A stretch of DNA of 64,000 bases from Mobula hypostoma (Eukaryota), in the NCBI RefSeq assembly GCF_963921235.1, contig NC_086097.1:105030001-105094000 (forward strand). Direction: 5' to 3'. The notes beneath the pieces are model-generated. The model was given only the letters and a program-made list of their open reading frames with translations, was not told where the DNA came from and did no database searches. The position numbers were made by a program, and so were the translations under genes. Positions 34,149 to 48,339 of this stretch are shown piece after piece (within the stretch, counting starts at the first letter, position 1; every line of letters begins with the position of its first letter).

Positions 34149-35930
34149 GTAAGTTTACTGTACAGAAGGAATTTGGAAAATTATCTTGCTAGCTTTCCCT
34201 GTTTCATTCACCCATATTAATGTTTGTGAGGGCACTGATTATCATACATTCCACGGGCACTGACTTCTTCTGGGTTTCTTTCCCATTAATTGGATCCAGC
34301 TCACAAAATGTGTGATTGTATCACACAAACTGATGAGGATGCTCACAGAAAGAACAATGTGTCTGGTTTCAGATAACACCCAACATGATTAAGGCACCAG
34401 ATGACAGAAGAACCAAGGAGCGTGGTAGGTTATTATCACAATGTGATAGCTTCAACGACTAATGTGTTCCAGATTTTTTTTCTAATCTAAATGAAATCTG
34501 ATGTTCCCTTACAAGCTTTTGAAAACCTATACACTGGAGCCTCCTCACCAGGCTGTGATACACCTGTGAGAATGCTCATCTATAGAGACTTCCAAGAGTG
34601 TTTACTGACGTATCCAATTTCTTCAAACTTCTAACAAAGTAGGGCTGCTGGAATGTCTTCTGTGTGATTGTGTCAATGTGTTTTGTCTGGGATAGATTGT
34701 CTGAGATGTTGATGGCAAACAACTTGAGTCTGCTTCCCCTTTTCACCACTGACCCCTCAATGAGGACCAGTATGGGTGCTCTGCCAACCATCACTTCCTG
34801 AAATCCACAATGTTTTAAAAATGAAACATTGGGAGTGAAGAATTTGTGTACTATTAAGATTAAAGACAAGGCTAATGGTTATGAAGAGATATTGAGTCTC
34901 TGGTGAAAAGGAGGTTGTGCATATCAAGATAGATAGTTTGGATCAAATGAGGTACGTGAGTATAAGAAATGCCAGAGAAACATGGAAACATAAAACCTAC
35001 AGCACAATACAGGCCCTTCAGGCCACAAAGTTGTGCCGAACATGTCCCTACCTTAGAAATTACTGGTATTACGTACCCGTAATGGTTTAAAATTAGCAGC
35101 GATAGACCACACCTGGAGTCTGGTTTTGATGTTAAAAGCACTATCTTTATTAGTATCTACTTAATATAGCAACTCAATCGAGAATAATCAGAAATTAACA
35201 GTATTATGAGTATACATATGTGTAAATGTAGCTCCCAAACTATTGAGTTTGTGGGGGGGGGGGCGCGGCAGGGGTAGGGTACCAGGCTTAAAATCCTGAG
35301 ATGGTAAGGTATGAAAGTTCAGTTCATCCACGGATTAAAGGATGTGAGAGAGAGATTTGTAATCCAAGCTGAATGTCGAGAGAAAGCATTTATGTCATAT
35401 TCTACAGGTTCCACGGTGGTAAAACAGGATAACAATCGCCGTAGGTTTTATCTGTCGTCGTTCCAAATCCACTTACAAATGATCACCAGTAGTAGCTTAT
35501 CACAGGGGAACCGTCTTTAAAGGGAACTACCAGCCAAGCAAGGGTTAACACATAGGTAGTTTCGACAAGGTTGCCCCAATCACATAACGTGATAGCCACT
35601 TATCGATATGCTGGGTCGATGCTCAACCCACCCTTGTGGGCACTGTAATCCAGGGAGCGGGAAGCGCAAAATCAAATATCACTGTGATGATATTCAATTG
35701 TTTGGCGACAATAAAGTATAAAGTAAAGGAAAGTTCCAACCAGTGACCCCTTAGTCACTGGCTTCCTTCCGTTGTCCGACTGCGACTGACTGTGTGAGAG
35801 TGAGTGTCCTTGCTTAAATCAAAACAAGCTGCAGAGTCAAATAGTTCCGCTCCCCTCTCTCTCTCAGTAAGAATCAAACAGGAACCGAGAAAGCTGGCAG
35901 CTGACGTCACTCAGGCACTCTGTCTTAAAA

Positions 35931-36852
35931 TGATGGGGTGGTAAATTGGATTAGTAAGTATGCAGATGATACTAAGATAGGTGGAGTTGTAGATAATGAA
36001 GTAGGTTTTCAAAGCTTGCAGAGAGATTTAGGCCAGTTAGAAGAGTGGGCTGAAAGATGGCAGATGGAGTTTAATGCTGAAAAATATGAGGTGCTACATT
36101 TTGGTAGGACTAATCAAAATAGGACATACATGGTAAATGGTAGGGCATTGAAGAATGCTGTAGAACAGAGGGATCTAGAATAATGGTGCATAGTTCCCTG
36201 AAGGTGGAATCTCAAGTGGATAGGGTGGTGAAGAAAGCTTTTGGTATGCTGGCCTTTATTAATCAGAGCATTGAGTTGGGATGTAATGTTGAAATTGAAT
36301 AAGGCATTGGTAAGGCCAAATTTGGAGTATTGTGTACAGTTCTGGTCACCGAATTATAGGAAAGGTGTCAATAAAATTGAGAGAGTACTAGAATGTTACC
36401 TGGGTTTCAGCACCTGAGTTACAGAGAAAGGTTGAACAAGTTAGGTCTTTATTATTTGGAGTGTAGAAGGTTGAGGGGGGACTTGATAGAGGTGTTTAAA
36501 ATTATGAGGGGGATTGATAGAGTTGACATGGATAGGCTTTTTTCATTGAGAATGGGGGAGATTCAAACAAGAGGACATGAGTTGAGAGTTTAAGGGCAAA
36601 AGATTAGGGGGAACGTCTTTACTCAGAGAGTGGTGACTGTGTGGAACGAGCTTCCAGCAGAAGTGGTTGAGGCAGGTTCGATGTTGTCATTTAAAGTTAA
36701 ATTGGATAGATATATGGACAGGAAGGGAATGGAGGGTTATGGGCTGAGTGCAGGTCGGTGGGACTAGGTGAGAGTAAGAGTTCGGCATGGACTAGAAGGG
36801 CCGAGATGGCCTGTTTCCATGCTGTAATTGTTATAAGGTAATATGGTTATAT
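35931..36852 (+). mobile_element. 5'-truncated CR1 inserted in the 3' LTR
   Basis: Nearly identical to 12615-13560. taaaatga is duplicated on both flanks. Confidence 0.9.
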
Positions 36853-37590
36853 AAAATGACAGTCCACAGCAAGATAAACCCAGGGCTTCATCACACTTGC
36901 CCCAAAAAGAAAAGGTTTTGATCAGAGAGCAAAAGTTTAACTGCAAACTATAGAATGTAAAACAATATATATGTGATTATCATGTAACACATTGCAGAAG
37001 CGTATACAAATACCAGTTTTTTTCTTGAACTTAGCTTAGCATCTGGACAGACCATCTGCAATGATATTGTCTGCACCTTTCCCATGTTTTAGTACCATAT
37101 CATATTGCTGCAAAATCAGACTCGAGTTTAACAACCTTCTGTTTTTGTCCTTTACCTTACTCAGAAACCGTAACGGATTATGATCAGTGTAAACCACAAG
37201 TGGTTTCTGCGCAGGACAAACATCATTGAATTTCCTTGAAAAGTAAACTACAGGATGTTCAACATCATCATTACCCCCTTTGTAATAATACTGCTCCTGC
37301 AGCTTCATCACTGGCATCCACGGCTATAGAGAAGGGCTTTGCAAAGTCAGGTGCCCTGAGCACAGGTTGATGACATAAAATAGCTTTCAATTGATCAAAT
37401 GCCTCCTGACAAGGTTCTGTCCAAACAAACTTTTCACACTTCCTCAGGAGATTAGTCAAAGGAAGAGCAATGTCAGTAAAGTTTTTACAAAACTTATGGT
37501 AATATCCAACCATTCTCTGGGGAGAAGCTTGTGGCCCCCAATTTTGTTACGAATTGTAACATTTTAGGAACAAACCAGCAGCAATAGAGT

Positions 37591-38712
37591 TCACAATGGA
37601 ATTTGGTTTTGAGAATTCTGTAGGTTTTGTCTTGCGAGGCTACAGACTTGGTGTAATTTATTTTTGTACTCCAAAGCATAGCTTAACAAGCTAACATGCA
37701 CTTTTTCATCAGTCCACTGTTCCCTCAGCAAGGTCAAAGGTCCCCTCACTCTATGACCAAATACAAGTTCAAAAGGGCTAAAGCCCAGTGATTCCTGTAC
37801 CAATTCTCTTGATGTGAACAAAAGCAAATGGACACTTTCATCCCAGTCTTTTTCATTTTCAACACAGTATGTCTTGATCATTGTTTTGAGGGTAGAATGA
37901 AATCTTTCTAAAGCCCCTTGTGATTCCAGATGGTACGCAGACGATGTAATTTGCTTAGCTCCCAGTTCATAAACTACCTGCTGGAATAATCCAGATGTAA
38001 AATTACTTCTTTGATCAGACTTGTTTTCTTTAGGCAAACTAAATAAAGTAAAAAATTTGATGAGAGCATTTGACATAGTTTTAGCTTTGATATTTCTGAG
38101 AGGTATGGCTTCCGGGAATCTAGATGCAGGACACATGGTAGTTAGCAAATACTGATGACCAGCTTTAGTCTTCGGCAATGGACCAACACAATCCACAATA
38201 ATTTTAGAAAAAGGTTCACCGAATGCAGGTATAGGCTGGAGTGGGGCCACTGGAGTGACCTGGTTAAGTTTACCCACAACTTGACAAGGGTGACAGGTTC
38301 TGCAAAAGTTCACAACATCTTCCCTCAGATTAGGCCAGTAATAGTCTTTTCTAATCCTGTTTACAGTTTTATTCACCCCAAAGTGTCCACCTAAAGGCAT
38401 ACTGTGAGCCAACATTAAAAGTTCAGTCCTATAGACTTTAGGAACTACAACTTGGTGAACAAATATCCTTTCCTCCATCACAGGTACAGTAGGTGGTCTC
38501 CACTTCCTCATCAATACCCCATCCTTGATATAGTACCCTACTGGCACTTTTTTAATCTCATCATCTGAGAGAGCTGTTTCTTTTAAAGCTTCAATCTCAG
38601 GATCTCCATTTTGTTCTGCTACAAACTCCTTCCTAGACAAAGATAAACCTTTCTCATCAGACTTACTCCCTGAATCCTGTTGAAACAATGAAGGCAGAAA
38701 AATCTCTACCAA
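37591..38712 (-). pseudogene. LTR-retrotransposon integrase (H2C2 zinc finger plus core)
   Basis: AHS..GGHFG...C..C..CQ, IVDCVGPLP, SDQ.SNF and SQGALERFH motifs. Confidence 0.9.
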
Positions 38713-41700
38713 GTCATCATCACCTAAATCCCGATTTTGGCTATCTGGGCATCAGAATTATGCTGCACAGAACCGTCTGTGTTGGCAGACTTTTTAGTCA
38801 TGCTTCGTGTTACTGTGCAGGCAGGATAAATATCAACATCCATCTGTGGATCATCAGTGGCAGGCTTATTTGTCAGCTGCACTGCTGGATAAACTTCACC
38901 ACCTGCTATGTCATTTCCTAACAACAAAGAAACACCCTTCACCGGTATCTTGGATTGGATCCCTATCTTGACAAGTCCCGAAAACAATCCAGACTTCAAA
39001 ATTACCTTATGCAGAGGTGCAGAAACAACCCCTTTCCCAATACCTTTAATAAGATTTACCTCATCAGTATCAGTCTCATCACCAAACTTTAGAACGCTAG
39101 TATAAGTGACTGAGATGCCCCAGTATCTCGAAGAATTTTCACTGGTACCAGGGTTGTCCCTTCCTTCACTGACACAAACCCATCTGACAGAAAATGATCA
39201 AATCCTTTCTTAACTTGGTCAGACCTCTCAGTCTTTAACTGAGCCTCATCAGAATGTGTAGACCCCTGTGGGTTTTTAGGTGCTTCACAACGCTGAATAC
39301 AAGTATTTGGGACTGCCTCCTTTTCCTTTTTCTTCTTCAGGACAGAACAATTAGAACATGACCATCTTTCTTATAATAGTAACAAGTAAGACCAGAATAT
39401 TTCTCCTTCACTTGCTTCCCTTCATCCTTACTTTTGTCACTAGTCCCAGATTTAAGTTCTGGTTTACCCTGGTTATCCCTGCTACTCTTTCAGAAGCTCT
39501 TACTCGGGGTAAACTTAACCTTGTGGGTTGAAGCATACTCATCTGCTAATTTAGCAGACTCCCAAAAAGTGGCAGCATCCTTTTCACCTTAATATGTCTT
39601 TATGTCATCAGGGATGCACCTTTTGAATTCTTCAATTAAATCCAAGTTGTCAAAATCATCATCCACATTCTTACATGTGCACCATCGGTCAAAACACACA
39701 AACTTGTCATAAGCAAATTCCACATAAATCTGGTTCACAGATTTCCTCAAATTTCTAAACCTTTGCCTATAGGCTTCTGGAACCAATTCATAGGCTTTAA
39801 GCACAGCCTGTTTCAATGTCTCGTAATTAGCTGCATCTCCAATTGACAAAGCAGTGTAAGCTTGTTGAGCCTTACTCCTAAATACACTCTGTAACAAAAG
39901 AGACCAGCTTTCTTTCGGCCACTTTTGACTTTGAGCTACTTTCTCATAATGCTGGAAGTATTTATCAACCACAGTTTCATTAAATGAAGGGACCAAACTA
40001 ACTTCCTGACTGGCCACAAACTTCTCACCAGAGCCAAAACTAGACCTCTTTGCTCCAGCTTATCTAACTTTTCTAACTCAAACCTCCTTTGTTTTTCTGT
40101 TTCCTCAGCTTCAAAACACCTTTTTTTCTGCTTCTTCCCTCTGCTTGTCTTTTTCCGCAGCTTCTAATCTAAGTCTCTCTCAGTCGAACTTTAGTTGGTC
40201 CAGCTGTAACTGGAGCTCGGGTAGCTGGTTTGTTTTCAGGGAACAATTCTAATACCTCAGCGTCAAACTTCCCTGAAGAAATATAGTACTCAGCTATCTT
40301 CCTCTGAATATCTGGCTTTCTCATAGACTGTTTTATTGAAACAAGTCTCAGCTTTTTCTGTCTTTGTCTTTTCTGGTGTCCCCTAATTCCCCAGGATCTG
40401 GCGCTTCCAGAAATGCCTCAATATCCATTGCTTATTAGTATCTACTTAATATAGCAACTTAAATGAGAATAATCAAAATGTAACAGTATTATGAGTATAC
40501 ATATGTGTAAATGTAACTCCCAAACTATTGAGCTTGGGGGGTTGGGGGGGTGAGTACCAGGCTTAAAATCTTGAGATGGAAGGTATGAAAGTTCAGTTCA
40601 TCCACGGATTAAAGGACGTGAGAGGGATATTTGTAATCCAAGGTGAATGTCGAGAGAAGGCATTTATGTCGAATTCTACAGGTTCCACGGTGGTAAAACA
40701 GGATAACAATTGCCGTGGGTTTTATCTGTCGTCGTTCCAAATCCACTTACAAATTATCACCAATAGTAGCTTATCACAGGGGTACCGAATTTAAAGGGAG
40801 CCACCACCCAGGCAAGGGTTAACACATAGGTAGATTCCACAAGGTTCCCCAATCACACATCGTAGTAGCCATTTATCGATGTGCTGGGTCAATGCTCAAT
40901 GCACCCTTGTGGGCACTCGAAAGTTCCAACCAGTGACCCCTTAGCACTGGGTTCCTTCTATTGTCTGACTCCAACTGCAACTGACTGTGTGTGAGTGAGT
41001 GTCCTTGCTCAAATCAAAACAGCTGCAGAGTCAAATAGTTCCGCCCCTCTCTCTCTCATAGTAAGAATCAAACAGGAGCCAAGAAAGGTAGCGGCTGACG
41101 TCACTTAGGCACTCTCTCTTAAAATGACAGTCCACGGCGAGATAAACCTAAGGCTTCATTACACTTGGCTTACCCATAACCCTCTATTTTTCTAAGCTCC
41201 ATGTACCTATCCAAAAGTCTCTTAAAAGACCCTATCGTATCCGTATCCACCTCCGCCACCATTGCCGGCAGCCCATTCCACGCACTCACCACTCTGAGTA
41301 AAAAAACTTACCCCTGACATTTCCTCTGTACCTACTCCCAAGCGCCTTAAACCTGTGTCCTCTTGTGGCAACAATTTTAGCCCTGGGGAAAAAGCCTCTG
41401 ACTATCCAAATGATCAATGCCTCTCATCATCTTATACACCTCTATCAAGTCACCTCTCATCCTCCGTCGCTCCAAGGAGAAAAGGCCGAGTTCACTCAAC
41501 CTGTTTTCATAAGGCATACTCCCCAATCCAGGCAACATCCTTGTAAATCTCTTCTGCACCCTTTCTATGGTTTCCACATCCTTCCTATAGTGAGGTGACC
41601 AGAACTGAGCACAGAACTCCAAGTGGGGTCTGACCAGGGTCCTATATAGCTGCAACATTACCTCTTGGCTCCCAAGTTCAATTCCACGATTGATGAAGGC

Positions 41701-43519
41701 CAGTACACCATATGCCTTCTTAACCACAGAGTCAACTTGCGCAGCTGCTTTGAGCGTCCTATGGACTCGGACCCCAAGATCCCTCTGATCCTCCACACTG
41801 CCAAGAGTCTTACTATTAATACTATATTCTGCCATCATATTTGACCTACCAAAATGAACCACTTCACAATTATCTGGGTTGAACTCCACCTGCCACTTCT
41901 CAGCCCAGTTTTGCATCCTATCAATGTCCTGCTGCCACCTCTGACAGCCCCCTACACTATCATCCAGGTCATTTATAAAAATCACGAAGAGTAAGGGTCT
42001 CAGAACAGATTCCTGAAGCACACCACTGGTCACCGACCTGCATGCAGAAAATGACCTATATACAACCACTCTTTGCCTTCTGTGGGCAAGGCAGTTCTGG
42101 ATCCACAAAGCAATATCCCCTTGGATCCCATGCCTCCTTACTTTCTCAATAAGCCTTGCATGGGGTACCTTATCAAATGCCTTGCTGAAATCCATATACA
42201 CTACATCTACTGCTCTTCCTTCATCAATGTGTTTAGTTACATCCTCAAAAAATTCAATCAGGCTCATAAGGCACGACCTGCCCTTGACAAAGCCATGCTG
42301 ACTATTCCTAATCATATTATGCCTCTCCAAATGTTCATAAATCCTGCCTCTCAGGATCTTCTTCATCAACTTACCAACCACTGAAGTAAGAGTCACTGGT
42401 CTATAATTTCCTGGGCTATCTCTACTCCCTTTCTTGAATAATGGAACAACATCTGCAACCCTCCAATCCTCCGGAACATTGATGATTCAAAGATCAATGC
42501 TAGAGGCTCTGCAATCTCCTCCCTCACCTACCACAGTAGCCTGATGTACATCTCATCTGGTCCCAGCAACTTATCCAACTTGATGCTTTCCAAAAGCTCC
42601 AGTACATCCTCTTTCTTAATATCTACATGCTCAAGCTTTTCAGGCCACTGCAAGTCATCACTACAATCAGCATGATCCTTTTCTATAGTGAATACTGAAG
42701 TAAAGTATTCATTAAGTACCTCTGCTATTTCCTCCGGTTCCAGACACACTTTCCCACTGTCACATTTGATAGGTCCTATTCTTTCACGTCTTATCCTCTT
42801 GCTCTTCACGTATTTGTAGAATGCCTTGGGGTTTTCTTTAATCTGCCAGCCAAGGCCTTCTCATGGCCCCTTCTGGCTTTCCTAATTTCCTTCTGAAGTT
42901 CCTTCCCGTTAGCCTTATAATCTTCTAGATCTCTAACATTACCTAGCTCTCTGAACCTTTTGTATGCTTTTCTTTTCTTCTTGACTAGATTTACTACAGC
43001 CTTTGTACACCACGGTTCCTGTACCCTACCATAACTTCCCTGTCTCATTGGAACATACCTATGCAGAACTCCACACAAATATCCCCTAAACATTTGCCAC
43101 ATTTCTTCCGTACCTTCCCTGAGAACCTCTGTTCCTAAGTTAAGATTCCAAGTTCCTGCCTGATAAGCCTCATAATTCCCCTTACACCAATTAAACGCTT
43201 TTCTAACTTGTCTGTTCCTATCTCTCTCCAATGCTATTGGAGATAGAATTATGATCACTGTCTCTGAAATGCTCTCCCACTGAGAGATCTGACACCTGAC
43301 CAAGTTCATTTCCCAATACCAAATCAAGTACAGTCTCTCCTCTTGTAGGCTTATCTACATATTGTGTCAAGAAACCTTCGTGAGCACACCTAACAAAGTC
43401 CACCCCATCTAAACCCCTTGCTCTAGGGAGATGCCAATCAATATTTGGGAAATTAAAATCTCCCACCACGACAACTCTGTTATTATTACACCTTTCCAGG
43501 ATCTGTTTCCCTATCTGAG

Positions 43520-46500
43520 CACGAGAGAATCTCACAGATTTCTGTAGATATACAGTGGAGAGTATTTTAAGGGGTTACATCATTGTCTGGTATAGACAAG
43601 CCACTGCATAGGATCAGAAGAAGCTGCAAAAAGTTGCCATCTCTAAAATAGACACTAGCCTCTCCAGCATCAAGGATGTCTTCAAAAGGTGATGCCTAAA
43701 TGGGTGACATCCATAGTTTAGGACCCTCATCACCCAGGACATGCCTTCTTTTCATTGCTACCATCAAGGAGGAGGTGAAGGGGTCTGAAGACACACACTC
43801 AATGCTTTAGGACCATCATCTTCCCCACTGCCATCAGATTTCAGAATGGACAATGAACCCATGTACACTACCTCATTATGTTTTTTCATTTTTCCGTGAG
43901 TGTGTGGGTATAAAAGGCTGATTCTGTGAGTTACTCTGGCAGACATTGTGAAAGAGAATACCAAGGATTCCTATAGATTATATGAAGAATAAGGAGGAAA
44001 AACTGGTCTTCTTGAAGATCAGCATGGTCATCTATGCATAGAGCTAAAAGTGATGAGGGAGATCTTTAATCTCTTTGCATCAATATTTACTCAGAAATGC
44101 AGACACAGAGACTATAGAATTGAGCAAAAGTACAGTGAAGTCATGGACCATATCCAGAGTATTGAAGCAGAGGTGCTAGCTGTTTTGAGGCAAATTAGGG
44201 TGAGTATATCCCCAATGTTTGACAAGATATCCCCCTAGATATCGCGTGAGGCTCATGCATAAATTGCAGGAGCCCTGGCAGAAATATTTAAAATGTCCTT
44301 GGTCACGATTGAGGTGTCAGAGGACTGGAGCATAACTAATGTTCTGTTGTTCAAGAAAGGTTTAGGAATAAGCAGGAATAATGTAATATGTAACAGTATG
44401 CACAGAACAGATCCTTCAGCACACAATATTATACTGCCTCTTTAATATATTCCATGATCAATCTAAACTTTCTCTCCAACATAGCCCACAATCCTTCATT
44501 TCTCTTTCATCCATGTGCTTATCTGAAAGTCTCTTACATACCTCTAATGTATCATTCTCTACCACTGTTTCCAGTAGTGTGTTCCAGGCATGTACCACTC
44601 TGTGTGTTTAAAAAAAAATCCTACCTTTGACTTCTCCCCTAAAACTTTCCTCCACTTACCTTAAAAGGATATCCTCTGGTATTAATCATTGCAGCCCTAG
44701 GAAAAAGAACTGTCCACTTTATCTGTGCCTCCTACAATCCTTTATACCTCTATCAAGTTGCCTGTCATCCTCCTTCACTCCAAAGAGAAAATCCTTAGCT
44801 TCCTCAACCTTTCCTCATAAGGCATGCACTCTAATCCAGGCAATATCCTTGTAAATCTCTTTAAACCTTCCATATCCTTCCTACAATGAGGCAATCGGAA
44901 CACATGAATATAATACTCCATGTGTGGTCTAATCAGAATTTTATAGAGCTACAACATTACTTTGCAGCTCTTGAACTCAAGCTCTAGATAATGAACATCA
45001 ATGTACACTGCTTTAAACACCCTATCAACATGCATAGCAACCTTGAGGAACTCCCAAGATCTCCATGCTCCTCCACACTGCTAAGAATCCTACCATTAAC
45101 CTTGTACTCTGCCTTCAAGTTTGATCTTCAAAAGTAAGTCACTTCACATTTTTCCAGATTGGACTGCGTTTGTTACTTCTCAGTCCAACCTTGCACCCAG
45201 TGTCCCCACATTGTATCCTATGACAACCTTGTATACTATTCACAACACACCAACTTTCATGTCATCTGCAAACTCTCTAACCTACCCTTCCACTTCCTCA
45301 TCTGAGTCATTTATAAAAATTACTAAGAGCAGGGGTCCCAGAACAGATCCCTGCAAACACTACTCATCAAAGACTTCCAGGCAGAATACACTTTGCATTC
45401 ACATGGGTGCTCGTTTCCATAGATTGTATGCCTGATGACCTTCTGGATGAACATACAATGAGGAAACCTTACTAATTCCATAAACACCACATCCACTGCT
45501 CTCATGAATTTGTTTTGTCACTTCCTCAAAAAAGTCAATCAGACTTGTGAGGCATGACCTGCCCTTCACAAAGCCATGCTAAGTATCCTTAATCAGACTA
45601 TTCTTTCCAAAGGCTTGTAATTCCTGCCCTTAAGAATCTCCTTCTTACATTTGCCCACTTTTGACATAAATTCTTAATTTTCTTGAACAAAGAAACAATA
45701 TTTGTCATCAAATTGTTGCATTTGTTATACTACCATTAAGATCGCTTACCATGCTATCCCATGCCCACACTTTGGAAAGTCTGATCACCTGGCTGTACTT
45801 CTACTCCCTGACTATAGACAGAGATGGAAGACTTCAGCACCGGTAGAGAGGATCAAGAAGGTATGGACAAGGGAGATGGAGGTGTGCTTACACAAGAGGT
45901 CTACAGCAGATATGATCTCACTGACTCTTAACGTCACCTTGGACAATACTAGCAATGACATCAGGCTGTCATTTATTGACTACAGCTTAGTGTTTAACAC
46001 AATCAGTCCTACAGTTCCAAGTTAAAATGCTCCAAAACCTGGGCCTCTGTATCTCCCTCTGCAACTGGATTCTCAAATTCCTCACTGGAAGACCGCAGTC
46101 GTGCAGATTGGAAATAACATCTCCACCTCACTGATAATCAACACTGCTGCATCTCAAGGATGTGTGCTTCTCCCACTGCTCTACTCTACACCCATAACTG
46201 TGTGGTTAGGGACAGCTCAAGTGGCATCAAATGACACAACCATAGTTGGCAGAATTTCAGATGTTGGCAGGAAGGTGTACAGGAGCAAGATAATTCAGTC
46301 AGTTTAGTGTATTCCAGCAACAACCTTGCAGTCAATGTCACTAAGACCAAAAAATTGATTGTGGACCTCAGAAAGGCCACACACACACCTGTCCTCATCA
46401 AGGGATCGGAAGTTGAAAGGATGAGCGATTTCAAGTTCCTGAGTGCCAACATCTCTGAGAATCACATATTAATGCAGTGACAAAGAAGGATTGATAGCAG

Positions 46501-47335
46501 CTTTATTGGCGTGTCACGGTAGCATTGTGCTTTGCACAACGTTTTATAGTATCAAGACTGAGGTTCATTTCCCACCGCTGCCTGTAAAGAGTTTGTACGG
46601 TCTCCCCGTGACCATGTGAATTTCCTCTGGGAGCTCTGGTTTCCTCCCACAGTGCAAGATGTTGTGGTTGATTGCTCATTGTAAATTGGCCCATGATTAG
46701 GCTAGGGTTAAATTGGAGGATTGCTGGGTGCTGTGGCCTGGAGTTCTGGAAGGGCCTGTTCTGTGCTGAATCTCAATAAATAAATAAAATGCATTAAGAG
46801 TTTGAGGAGATTTGGTCTGTCACCAAATTCATTCACAAATTTCAATAGATGTATTGTGGAGAGCATTCTGACTGGTTGTATCATTGTCTAGTATTGGGGG
46901 GGGGCACTGCACAGGATCAAAATTAGTGCAGAAAGTTGTAAACTCATGGGCACTATGATGTCTCCCCAGCATTCAGGACATCTTCAAGAACATCCTCAAA
47001 AAGATGGCATCTATCATTAAGGATCCCCATCACCCAGGATATGCCCCCTTCTGATTGCTACCATCAGGGAGAAGGTACAGGATCATGAAGACACATACTC
47101 AAGGACTCAGGAACAGCTTCTTCCTCTCCACTATCAGATTTCTGAATGTGCATTGAATCCATGAACGCCACTTCACTACTTTTCCTCTTTTGGCATTACT
47201 TTTTAATTTAACTTTTTTAATATATGTACTTCTCACTGTAATTTACAATTTTGTATTGTGTATAGCGATGTACTGCTGCCACATGACAACAAATTTCACA
47301 ATACGTGCTAGTGATATTAAGTGTGATTCTGTTGC
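43520..47335. mobile_element. Cluster of old Rex/Babar (+) and CR1 (+/-) fragments
   Basis: GKSDHLAVLL, FIDYS.VFNTI and QGCVL.PLLYS (Rex-type) motifs, plus CR1 pieces at about 43930-45700. Confidence 0.7.
46507..46788 (+). mobile_element. V-SINE-like element
   Basis: tRNA-like head, core gagtttgtacggtctccccgtgaccatg...ctctggtttcctcccaca, and a (taaa)n tail. Confidence 0.75.
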
Positions 47336-48339
47336 TAAACAACCTCCACACCTCTGCTTTGCATTTCTCTAAAAACATCTGTTCCCAATTCTTGCCTAAT
47401 ACCATCATAATTCACCCTCCCCAATTAAATACTTTCCCATCCCTTCCACTCCTATCCTTATCCATGGCTATACCAAAGGTCTGGGATTTGTAGTTACTAT
47501 GTCCTAAGTTCGCATAGAATAACTAACGGACTGGAGCATGTTGAAGTTAAGAGATCTGTCACCAAATCAGGTTCATTGCTTAGTACTAGATACAGAATGG
47601 CCTCTCTTCTGGTCAGCCTGTCCACAACTGTAAGGAAAGCCTAACAAATTCTGTACTATCTATAACTTTTGCATTAAGGAGTTGCCAATCAATATTACTG
47701 AAGTTGAAGTCACCCATCACAACAACCTTTCTATTTTTTTTACATTTCCAAATCTGCCTGCTTTATCTGCTCTTCAATGTCCTTGTTGCTTTGAGGTGGC
47801 CCACAGAATAGAGTGATTGCTCCTTTCCTATGTTGGTAAGCCTGACATCAGCCATGGATAAATGATTGGAAGCTAATCAATGGGAGAGGGCATATAAGTA
47901 TTTGGATAGACATGGCCTGGTTAAGGATAGTCAGCATAGCTTTGTGCGTGTTAGGTCATGTAAAACCAGTCAAGTAGGTCACCAAGAAAGTTAATGCAGT
48001 GGATGCTGTCTACATGGACTTTGACAAATACAATTCAGCATGGGAGGCTGGTTCAAAAAGCTAAGTCAATTAACATTCAAGATGTAGCAGTCAATTGAAT
48101 TCAGCATTGCTTAGCAAGAGAAGCAAGTGGTTGTCTCTCTAACTGGATGCCAGTGACTAGGGGCATGTTGCAGGGATTGGTGCTGGGAATATTGTTGTTT
48201 ATCATCAATATTAATAATTTTGATGATGTGGTAATGGGGGTGTAATGGACAGCAAGGGGGCACCACAGTAGCATAGCGGTTAGCACAACACTATGACAGA
48301 GTTCAGAGTTCAATTCCAACAGCATCTGAAAGCAATTTG

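Larger units (their letters stand above)
35067..41163 (-). mobile_element. Gmr1-type Gypsy LTR retrotransposon, defective
   Basis: Diverged LTR pair 35067-36895 (CR1-interrupted) and 40432-41163. gag ATG at 40428 (MDIEAFLEAP), protease ILRDTGASQS at about 39110-39140, integrase 37591-38712, RT thumb/RNase H 37036-37513, purine tract next to 36895. Imperfect 4-bp TSD ctgg/cttg. Confidence 0.9.
34984..43517 (-). mobile_element. CR1 (family of 22171-25590) split by the LTR element: tail 34984-35066, body 41164-43517
   Basis: The uninterrupted copy reads gaaattactaggcttaaccata (about 22245). Here it is split into gaaattactgg and cttggcttaccc. ORFs lie at 41377-43535. Confidence 0.88.
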
